Shown here: positions 1-8,900 of the stretch, in pieces
How positions within the stretch are numbered: position 1 is the stretch's first letter
How the letters are laid out: every line of letters begins with the position of its first letter
Assembly: GCA_050950765.1 (NCBI GenBank)
Contig: JBMNIF010000002.1
Span: 384,001 to 448,000 of the forward strand
Source: Bdellovibrionota bacterium
Lineage (GTDB): Bacteria > Bdellovibrionota_C > UBA2361 > JAAYZI01
Direction: 5' to 3'
DNA: 64,000 nucleotides
Position numbers and translations under genes: made by a program
Notes under the pieces: model-generated
What the model was told of the DNA's origin: nothing
Database searches by the model: none
Seen by the model: the letters and a program-made list of their open reading frames with translations, nothing else

Positions 1-1063
1 ACTCACCGCGTGCAATCTTTATTTTATCATTAAAAAAACCGCTGTGAAAATAAAACCAATAAGATGCAGCGCCAATTCCAACAACTACAAGCGATATAAA
101 AAGCTTAAGAAAGAGTTTTTTAAAGTTTCTTTTAGGTTTTTTATTTTTCTTTAACCGTTCAACTACCCTTGCTTTTCTTGAATTATTACTTCCGTTTGTT
201 GAAATATTTTTTGCAGCATAGATCGGTGGCTGCCCTTTTAATATCAACCCAAGATCGACGCGCATCTCTCCTGCTTTTTGATAACGCTTCATTACAGAAG
301 TTGCCATAGCCTTTTCCACCACTTGAGCTAACGCTATCGGACAATTCGGTGTCACTTGAGAGATCGGAGTAACCTTTCCCGTAAACCGTTCTAACATTAA
401 TGAATTACTGGTTTTTGATCGAAAAGGCGAAACTCCCGTCAGCAACTCATACGCAATCACTCCCAATGCGTAGATATCGCCTCTCCCGTCACACTCTCCA
501 AACTCAATATATTCCGGTGCAAAATATTTCGGCGTACCCACCAACATCCCAGTTTGAGTAACGGAGGCACTTACACTTCTTAAACGCGCCACGCCGAAAT
601 CTCCGATCTTGACCAAACCTGTCTTTGTTAAAAAGATATTTTCAGGTTTTAAATCTCTATGCATAATTCCAGCAGCGTGAATGGCATCTAATCCGGCAGC
701 AGCTTGATATAAAATATTAGCAGCTTCTTCCGGCGAAACAGCACCAGCATTTATGCGATTATGCAGATCTGTTCCTTCTACATACTCCATAACATAAGCA
801 GGAGAATCGTTTTCATCAAAATACTCATACGCACGCACAACATTTCTGTGCAATACATTGTAAGAAGCTATAATCTCATTTTTAAACCGCTCGCGCAGCT
901 CTGCTGTTTTAACGATACCGGGATAAAGCACCTTTATGGCGACCTCAAAATCACGATATCTCGGATCGGTAGCAAGATAGACTGCTCCCATTCCTCCAGC
1001 ACCTATGCTTTTAACCACTTTGTACCTTCCCCCAAAAAGGGAATCATTAGGACATTCAAGCAT
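1..1063 (-). CDS. Hanks-type Ser/Thr protein kinase with a C-terminal TM segment; 3' end runs off the window
   Basis: Not in the ORF track because there is no stop in the window. Manual minus-strand translation from ATG at 1063 gives RYKVVKSIGAGGMGAVYLA, VAIKVL, HRDLKPENIF, KIGDFGVAR, then a hydrophobic LFISLVVVGIGAASYWF near the edge. Confidence 0.93.
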   Translation of the reverse strand, partial: MLECPNDSLFGGRYKVVKSIGAGGMGAVYLATDPRYRDFEVAIKVLYPGIVKTAELRERFKNEIIASYNVLHRNVVRAYEYFDENDSPAYVMEYVEGTDLHNRINAGAVSPEEAANILYQAAAGLDAIHAAGIMHRDLKPENIFLTKTGLVKIGDFGVARLRSVSASVTQTGMLVGTPKYFAPEYIEFGECDGRGDIYALGVIAYELLTGVSPFRSKTSNSLMLERFTGKVTPISQVTPNCPIALAQVVEKAMATSVMKRYQKAGEMRVDLGLILKGQPPIYAAKNISTNGSNNSRKARVVERLKKNKKPKRNFKKLFLKLFISLVVVGIGAASYWFYFHSGFFNDKIKIARGE

Positions 1064-1283
1064 CGACTTTATTCTCAAAATGAAAACGACTCTAGCGGAA
1101 GAAGCCCCTCCCTCCTTGCTTATTATCGACATAAAGAGGAATAATCCTTAAGTTAAAAGCAGGTAAAATATCTTGTAAAAACAAAATATTACCTAAAAAT
1201 CATTGACAATTTTTTATCTATCGTGGAGTTATCAAGGTATTTAACGGTGCTATAATTTATGAATATTGATTGATTTAACTATC

Positions 1284-1721
1284 ATGACGACCTCAAAGCA
1301 GATAAAAAAAGAGAAATACTCCACCATAAACGGTTTCTTAGCAGATGAATATGTTTTGTTGCATATCAATCCGAAACATAAAGGGCTTTCTATCCCTGCC
1401 TATCTCCAAACTTCAAATTCAGTTACTTTAAAAATTAGCCGTTTTTTTAGAGGCACTTTAGAAGTCACACAATCAAAGATAACAGCCGAACTACTTTTTT
1501 CAGGCACCTACCACACCTGCATCATTCCACTCGACGCTATCTGGAGTGTAACTGCTGAAAAAGGTGAAAACGTTATCTGGCCCGATAGCGCACCTAAAGA
1601 GATTATAAGTGATGTCTTTAAACACCTCGCCTCAAAAGAACAGAGCACAGCCCCCTTACAGGAACAACAACAAACCCCTGAACCACTCCCAAGTAAAGGA
1701 CATCTACGTAGAGTCAAATAA
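1284..1721 (+). CDS. sspB: SspB-like ClpXP specificity factor
   Basis: IPAYL..VTLKIS..LLFSG...CIIPLDAIW core, a Gln/Pro-rich linker, and C-terminal GHLRRVK resembling the SspB ClpX-binding tail. Confidence 0.75.
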   Translation: MTTSKQIKKEKYSTINGFLADEYVLLHINPKHKGLSIPAYLQTSNSVTLKISRFFRGTLEVTQSKITAELLFSGTYHTCIIPLDAIWSVTAEKGENVIWPDSAPKEIISDVFKHLASKEQSTAPLQEQQQTPEPLPSKGHLRRVK

Positions 1722-1925
1722 ATTTTTACTCTCTTATCCCTATAAGCTTGGGTGATGCGCATAGAAATCATAAGGAAGCAGCGGAGTCGTTAGATCAAAC
1801 AATCTTTTTTCCTCTCCTATCCCTATAAGCAAAGCATTCTTTTTACGTCTTATCTATTTTTTCAGAGCCCTTGTAGGATAAAAAATTTTCCTCTCTTATC
1901 CCTATAAACAAAGCATCTTTTTAGA
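1722..1925. repeat. Degenerate tandem repeat, 3 copies about 80 bp apart
   Basis: CTCTCYTATCCCTATAA recurs, with TATCCC at 1735, 1818 and 1897, between convergent genes. Confidence 0.7.
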
Positions 1926-1958
1926 CCTTATTATTTTTTCGGGAAAAAAGAATTTTCC

Positions 1959-3374
1959 CTACTCTTCTTTTTTCTGCGGCTCTACTTTATCTAAGACATC
2001 ACTTTTTTTAGCTTCGGCTGTTGTTTCTTTCTTATCAGTTTTAGGTGGTGTTCTCTGTTTTTTGGGTACTCCCAAATTACGTGGATCAAACTTTGACATA
2101 TCAAACCCTTCCGGCAAGGTCTCACAATAAGTAACATTAAGGTAATCCATCATCAAAGTCCGCTTACTTTTTAGATCGTTAATCACCATCTGATTCGGGT
2201 ACGGAATACTCACACCGTTTTCACCTTGTGCAACTCCGTACAATATCGCAGCCGACTTCCAAAATTTACCTGCTCTATCGTAAACAAACTTATAAACTGG
2301 CAACATGCTCTCTTTATCAACATAAAGTGTCTGTCGTCCGTACAATGAATATGGATCTCTTGAAATCAGATCAATCTTAAATGCTTTACGCGCCGTAAAG
2401 ACGGCATCTGTCGGTAACCATGAAGCCCCTTGTGCATATTTTCTGGAACCGAAGTTCCAACGCATCTGCTGATCGGCGTGCGCTGCACTCATCGTTTCCG
2501 CTACACCGCTACAAGTTGGACCGACCTTCTTTAAAGCACCTTTATTTTTAGATGCAAACGGTAAAAAGACCTCCACCTCTCTAATCCTGCGTCCTTCTAC
2601 CAGTTCAAGCTTACCTGACCACAACAAAAAATCATCCGCAGCGATAGCCCCTGCTAAGAGATCACTTCTATTTGAGCCCGTTAGTTGACGTGCCTTTCCG
2701 ATAACAGGGGAGTAAGTCCAAACTACATCCTCGCTTCTTCCGTGAAACCTAAAGGTAAGCCAAGCATAACCGTTTAAGATGTCAGGCTTCTCAATCTCGA
2801 TCACTTCACGAAAAAGCTGCCCCGTCTGATCCGTCTCAGAAGCGCGCCAGTTGTAGAGACGCAAAGCTGTTCCCTGTAACTCTCTAAAGATCTCATCTTC
2901 CTGCTGTATGCGAATAATAAATCCGTATCTATTCACAGGATAAGCCCAATTAAGCGCTAAAACATTCCACAAGATTTTTCGGATCGCTCTCTTCTTTTCT
3001 GTTTTTGGTTGTATCTCATCCGTAGCGAAAAGAAATCCTTTGGAGAGCGTTCCCTCTACGGAAAGAGTTCCATCATCTTTTAATTCAACATCTTCAGAGT
3101 GTTCTTTTAACCAATCTGCACCGTAGTCGAAATCATAATTAAGGTCAGATACCACATCCATCACGATATTGCCGGAACGTAACTCAGCATAAAGCTCTAC
3201 GGGAATTTTTTTCTTATATTCATGCGCATTGGAAGCGTGCACCAGAACTCCTGCTAGTGGTTGCGCATCTGTAACGACTAATAGCGGTGCAACTTGCTGC
3301 GCATTAGCAGTAAAGGCGGTTAAGATACAAAATAGCAGACTCTTAGCTATATTTTGCATAATAGACCTATTCAT
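1959..3374 (-). CDS. DUF1329-family exported protein (LolA-like fold)
   Basis: Signal peptide ending ANA-Q; WTYSPVIGKARQL and DPYSLYGRQTLYVDKESMLPVYKFVYDRAGKFWK resemble DUF1329 motifs. Confidence 0.7.
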   Translation of the reverse strand: MNRSIMQNIAKSLLFCILTAFTANAQQVAPLLVVTDAQPLAGVLVHASNAHEYKKKIPVELYAELRSGNIVMDVVSDLNYDFDYGADWLKEHSEDVELKDDGTLSVEGTLSKGFLFATDEIQPKTEKKRAIRKILWNVLALNWAYPVNRYGFIIRIQQEDEIFRELQGTALRLYNWRASETDQTGQLFREVIEIEKPDILNGYAWLTFRFHGRSEDVVWTYSPVIGKARQLTGSNRSDLLAGAIAADDFLLWSGKLELVEGRRIREVEVFLPFASKNKGALKKVGPTCSGVAETMSAAHADQQMRWNFGSRKYAQGASWLPTDAVFTARKAFKIDLISRDPYSLYGRQTLYVDKESMLPVYKFVYDRAGKFWKSAAILYGVAQGENGVSIPYPNQMVINDLKSKRTLMMDYLNVTYCETLPEGFDMSKFDPRNLGVPKKQRTPPKTDKKETTAEAKKSDVLDKVEPQKKEE

Positions 3375-4003
3375 TTTTCAACTTTCCATGTTTCAGCGAA
3401 GGGATTTTTATGCGGATCGCGTTCTATCTCCTGCATCCGCTGCATATGTTGGTTATAAACATCTGCTGCCCCTTCCCGTTCCAGCAACTTACTCCGCTGC
3501 ACCAAAAGTGTCTTATCTTCCACAAAGAAAGCAGGATCTGGTGGATACACCTCCGGATGCAAACCACAATCCATCCTAATCGCATCAACAGGGCAGGCCT
3601 CTACACACAAACCGCAATAAATACACCTTAATGTATTTATTTCATAACGTTTCGGGAACTTTTCCAACGCCGGATCGGCATCTTCCGCCGCCTCTATATG
3701 GATACACTTTGACGGGCAAGCTGTCGCACACAAAAAGCAAGCCTTACACCGCACCTCTCCCTTTTCGTTCAAAGTAAGTCTATGCCGACCTCTAAACCTT
3801 TCCGCATAAACACGTCTTTCATCGGGATACTGAATAGAAACGATAAACGAGGGATCTTTCTTGCAGATGCCAAGCGCTTTCAAGGGGTGTAGTAGTGCAT
3901 TGAAGAATAGGCGGAAAGTCGTTATAGACACCCCCCTTACCACCTCAAAGATATAAGCCTTTTCCCATAATCCAACTTTAGAACGATATTTCATAAAACC
4001 CAA
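3371..4003 (-). CDS. nuoI: NADH-quinone oxidoreductase subunit I-like 2x[4Fe-4S] protein
   Basis: QYPDE..RFRGRHRL, CKACFLCATACP and RCIYCGLCVEACPVDAI. Confidence 0.85.
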   Translation of the reverse strand: MGFMKYRSKVGLWEKAYIFEVVRGVSITTFRLFFNALLHPLKALGICKKDPSFIVSIQYPDERRVYAERFRGRHRLTLNEKGEVRCKACFLCATACPSKCIHIEAAEDADPALEKFPKRYEINTLRCIYCGLCVEACPVDAIRMDCGLHPEVYPPDPAFFVEDKTLLVQRSKLLEREGAADVYNQHMQRMQEIERDPHKNPFAETWKVEK

Positions 4004-4244
4004 CTAATTTTTTATTTTCTGTGTTAAGACCGTACTGTTATAACGTAAGAATCAAATAGACGCCACGCCAGTTATAACCCTTTTTCTGTTTTAACGCTTT
4101 ATTTTTCCTATTTAGATAAAACATAAAGTAAATACCTTGCAAGGATCCCCCTTGAACGTTACTCTTGGAGGAGTTCGGGGGTTGCCGTTTGTTTATTCAA
4201 ATTGACAATCTATATTTTAATAATTCTTCATTCGTTTTTTTAGT

Positions 4245-4850
4245 ATGACTTTAAATATAGAAGTTTTTTATTCATTTCAAAATCCGTACTCATATCTTGT
4301 ACTCGATAAGGTTTATGATATTGCAGACAACTACGATGTTGAGCTCTTGTGGCAGCCCTTCTCAGCCAGAGCCTCAGGGCAGCAGATACCAGCCTCCTCA
4401 ATCATACCAGAGAAGATCACCTATATGCTTGAGGACACAAAGCGTTCTGCTGCAGAACAGAACCTCCCTTTTGTTTACCCTGAAACGTGGCCGGAGTCAG
4501 AGTTTGATCCAGGGCGTGTTACCCGTGGTGCAGTAGTCGCTAACGATATGGGGATATTAAAAGAGTACAACTACAAGGTCTTCCAGAAATGGTGGGGCTT
4601 AGGAGAAGATCCTAACGATGAGAATTTCATGGCTGAATTAGCTGATGAATTAGATATCGATCTCGGCGATTTTCTTAGTAAGATCTCCAGCACAGACACT
4701 AGGGATCGTGTTAAAGGGATTTATAAAAGAGGTCGTAAGCTCGGTATCTTTGATACGCCCACCTTCTTAATAGATAAGGAGCGCATCTTCGGGCTTGATA
4801 AGGTTTCATACCTAGAGCAACGTCTGACCGCTATGGGATTAAAAAAATAA
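4245..4850 (+). CDS. DsbA-fold HCCA isomerase / kappa-class GST family protein
   Basis: IEVFYSFQNPYSYL at the N-terminus with no CxxC; C-terminal GIFDTPTFLIDKERIFGLDKV. Confidence 0.8.
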   Translation: MTLNIEVFYSFQNPYSYLVLDKVYDIADNYDVELLWQPFSARASGQQIPASSIIPEKITYMLEDTKRSAAEQNLPFVYPETWPESEFDPGRVTRGAVVANDMGILKEYNYKVFQKWWGLGEDPNDENFMAELADELDIDLGDFLSKISSTDTRDRVKGIYKRGRKLGIFDTPTFLIDKERIFGLDKVSYLEQRLTAMGLKK

Positions 4851-5301
4851 CTTATCAAAAAGGCGCATTCACTACCTGTTTAATCACTTCCTTAAAGATA
4901 AAAGAGGATTTAGACACCGTAGGAGCACTCTGCGCCTTATAAAGTCTTCTCACAAAAAAAACCTAACGGATTACTTCTATAAAGCCCTTTTTTCCTCCGT
5001 ATCTTAAACGTGATAGCACACCTAAAAAATTAAGAATCGCTTAACTTTCAGGTCTCATCCTAACCCTTCGCAGGGAGAGTGTTTTTAGTAACGGCTGTAT
5101 TTAGTAACTTTCCCCCAGATTTTGGAGTTATTCTTTGGCTTAAATCTTGCACACTCAGTGTTTTTCTTATAACGCTGCATCGCTGTTATAGGTTCCCAGA
5201 GTGTACATGTTACAGATTAAGCGGGGTTGCCCTCTCCGAAGACTAAAAAAGTCAAGTTCGGAAAAAGATTATAGAATGTTTTAGAAAAGATGCTCCTAAA
5301 T

Positions 5302-5330
5302 CTAAAGTTTTTTAGGAGAAAGTTCGATAT
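5302..5330 (+). promoter_or_regulatory. Possible sigma28 (FliA)-like promoter for the Tad pilin operon
   Basis: CTAAAGTTT...TTCGATAT; spacing is 1 bp longer than TAAA-N15-GCCGATAA. Confidence 0.35.
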
Positions 5331-5342
5331 CGGAGTTCTACT

Positions 5343-5921
5343 ATGCAGAGAACAGATTCTAATCATTCACAATCAGGTCTCGCCCTCGTGGAGCTCGCTC
5401 TACTTATACCCGTTTTTATTATTACCCTGTACGGTATAATAGACGTTGCAGATTTTCTAAACGAGCACTACAAGATAAGCCTTATCGCATACGAAGGTAC
5501 TCGCTTCGCCTCACATGCAGAGAAACTCGAGGCAGGAACGTGCGTAAAAAATGGCGCAGAAGCGATCAGTTGTGAAAAGATCACCTGCTCAACTGACACC
5601 ATCAACGCAACCACCACCTGCACACCTTGCACAAGTGAGAGGTGTAAAGCAACACTCCCCGTTCACAAAACTATCTTTGATAGGATTGACTCCTTACTTA
5701 CAGCACAGTACGGCGGCATCCCAGCACCTATTGAAGATATCCCCACCCGCCGCACCGTAACCTTTCAACAATCAAAAGCTGGGATCCCGATGGTAAGTAT
5801 TACCATCTCCGTGCCGCATAAAAGTTTTTTTGGAAAGTTTTTTACTAAAGATGGCACCGTAGTTGCTTCAGAAACAACAGCCTATTTAGTAAACACCCAA
5901 GAGTTTAATAAGCAAGGTTAA
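5343..5921 (+). CDS. TadE/TadF-like minor pilin with a small Cys-rich insert
   Basis: Prepilin motif QSG|LALVELALLIPVF...GIID, then AYEGTRFA; 6 Cys in the central insert. Confidence 0.85.
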   Translation: MQRTDSNHSQSGLALVELALLIPVFIITLYGIIDVADFLNEHYKISLIAYEGTRFASHAEKLEAGTCVKNGAEAISCEKITCSTDTINATTTCTPCTSERCKATLPVHKTIFDRIDSLLTAQYGGIPAPIEDIPTRRTVTFQQSKAGIPMVSITISVPHKSFFGKFFTKDGTVVASETTAYLVNTQEFNKQG

Positions 5922-5932
5922 GAGGTTTTATT

Positions 5933-8900
5933 ATGGTTAAAACAGATAGCAATCATCAACAACACGGTGCAGTATTAGTCGAGTTTGCTCTGGGAGGACT
6001 ACTCTTTTTTACATTGATCTTTTCTATGATCGACCTCTCGGTCTTCTTCTATAACAGATCCGCTATGCGTAATGCAGCACAACAGGCCTTAGAGTTAGCC
6101 TCTGTCATTGAAGGGCTTGACGTTGCTGAATCAATAGATCAATCAGGCAATATTCAGAGAGATTATAAGTACGCAGATGAAAAAATTATACAAAAAGCAG
6201 AAGAGCTCCTATCTTCTTTTAAACTTGGTTCATTAAGGATAAGGAGCAACTCCAATGAAACGATTAACTTTCGCGGTGAAGAGAAACCTCTCGGTATCTA
6301 TCTGGATGTTCCAGGTGGAGATACGATCGCTGAAAGAAATACTAGATTGGATTCAGAACCGATAAAGATTACGATTCTCGCTAAATACAAAGCGAGCACC
6401 CCCTTTCTGCCGGAGCTACCTATCGTCGTAACGGAAGCCGCTTATAGAGAGCTCCGCACCAAATCAAATCTGCCCGTAGCGCTAGACTGTAAAGGCAATC
6501 CGATAACAGATCTCTCAAAAGCTCCTACAACTTGCCCCTGCACTGAATCTTCAGACCCGAATGCTGTTTTAACAACAGGAAGCACCTCCTGTTCATGTCA
6601 AGTAAACGGGAAAAGTATTAGTAACTATAAATACGACCCCGTTACAAAGAGTTGCGGGTGTTACGGAGGAAACGGCCTCCTTAATGGAGATGTTTGCATC
6701 TGTGCACTGAAAGAAGACGGCTCTGACTGTACAGAAGATAATCAATATCTAGATGGTGCCAACTGCTCTTGCAAACAGAAAGAGTGTAAAGGAAGTAATC
6801 AAGTTGTAGAAAAAAACTCTGGGAAGTGTCTCTGCGGCATCACCTCTGGAGACTGCAAAGAAGATTATAGGCTAGTTAAAACAACGTTGGAGGACGGCAT
6901 TCAGTGTAATTGCGAACCGTGCGGAGAGAATGCACACCGTTACGGCTTTAAAAATGAAGATGATGACACAGAAAATGATGATGGCGAAACAGATGAAGGA
7001 CTCTTTAATACCTGTGTCTGCGATGCGCCGGAAACGTGTGGCGATGACATGATAATGCTTCCGTACAATAAGAACAAACAAGATGGCGCTACTATCGGAT
7101 GTCTTTGTCAATCTTGTCATGGTGGAAAAAGAGGTGATGTAGATAAAGACGGCATCGCTAATGAATGTGATTGTAGTGGCGTAACCTGCGCTTCTGGAGA
7201 ATGGAAAGATCCGGAAACTTGTGCCTGTATAGCTTGTAGCACTAACTCAAATGCAAAGATGGAAGCTCCAGAAGGTGCCACAAGTGCAGAGGATTGCACC
7301 TGTCAGTCCTATACCGTCTGCCCAAACAATCAAAAAATGGATGCAAGCTGCATCTGCACATCTTGCGGAACTAACAAACATAGGTATGGAACAAAAGATA
7401 GTGAGAAAGAAGAGAAGAAATTCAACACCTGTGTCTGTGACCCTTACACAAAGTGCGGCAAGAATCAGACTATGGACAAAAATTGCAACTGCAAAGATTG
7501 TGGAAGCCATGCAACAAGAGCTAAGGATAGTAACAGCTGCGTCTGTATTAACGACATTACAAACCCAAATCAATATACGCCCTCAGTAAACGGAGGTTGT
7601 GCCTGTAACACGACTGACAGTAACATTGAATACAAAAACTGTACAGGATCAGGGAGTTATTTTAATACAAAAACTTGCCGATGTGAAAGTTGTGGAGTCA
7701 CAAACTCTACCCGTAAAGATCCGCAGGCTGAAACTAACGGTGTAAAGAGTGATAACGTTTATAGTTGTAGTGGCGAAGAGTGCGGTTGTATCTGCTTAAG
7801 TGGTAATGAAATCTCTAACGGAAGCTGCGGCTGTAATGACATATCAACGTACAATTGTGGAAAATCGGGCAATGGAAACTGGTTTTGTGAAAAAGATTGC
7901 AGTTGTAAAAGCTCAAATATATCCGATTACAATTGCAGCTGCGCTATAGATAAAAGTCATTGCACTAATAAATCATATCCATACTTTGATGAAATAAATT
8001 GTGAGTGTAGTAGCGCTTGCCCAGATCAACACAACTGTGAATGCGCTCTAACAGAAGCTATCTGCGGGGGTGATTTTGACCCGAATAAGTGTCAATGTTG
8101 CGGAAAGTATGCTCACTACGATGAAACAAGTGAGTCTTGTGTTTGTGATACAAATTACTCAGGTACTAATCCATACAGTAGTTGTGAATGTAGTAGAGAG
8201 TGTAATGCAGCAGGCGGTTATTACAGAGAAGATCTAAACTGCTCTTGCCAGAAATGCGGAAAATTTGAAGTTGTTACGCAAAGTAAAGATGCTTGCGAGT
8301 GCAGATACGACAACGATCCTTCCACGAGAAAAGGGGCAGCTCCCGACAACCTTTGCAATACAGGACAGGAGTTCGATTACGAGCACTGTACCTGTACCTG
8401 CCCACCTGATACGGATGAAACATGGTCAGAAGCTGAGTGTAACGCTATCGGAGCTATCTATAACTACGACACCTGCGACTGCCAACGTCCTGAAGGAAAT
8501 CACGATTCAGAAAAAAGTTGCGTAGGAGCTGATTGTTGTGTTGGCGAAGAGGTTTATATAAATGACAAGTGTGTTTGTGAAGATAAAGATAAGAAGGCTG
8601 CTGCATGTAAAAACAATGGAAGAACTTTCTCCGAAGAGTTGTGTTCCTGCGGCGGAGGTGGTGGCGGCGGTACTTGCGGTGTTTGGACAGAGGCACAACA
8701 TAATGCAAAACGTCAAGCTTGTAACGAAGCAGGTAAGATGTATAGCGCATCGAGTTGCAGCTGCTACTCTTGTAGATACAATCAGAGCTTTACAAATAAT
8801 AACGGTGTTTACAGTTGCCAATGTAATTTAGAGAGTAAAACGGTAAAAGATCGCCGACAAGTTTGTGAAAATAACGGCGGAACATTTGATACTACTTATT

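Noticed and set aside
761..1144. 127-aa plus-strand ORF, and the many other short ORFs overlapping assigned genes
   Set aside because: They are antisense or frame-shifted shadows of well-supported genes (here the Ser/Thr kinase) with no recognisable motifs.
4245..4850. Dedicated disulfide oxidase for the adjacent Cys-rich pilin
   Set aside because: It has no CxxC (no Cys at all) and no signal peptide; it looks like the cytoplasmic HCCA isomerase/kappa-GST branch.
5040..5085. Glycine riboswitch (AACTTTCAGGT...GGGAGAG)
   Set aside because: The CCGAAG elements are not in the expected positions and the downstream genes are unrelated to glycine.
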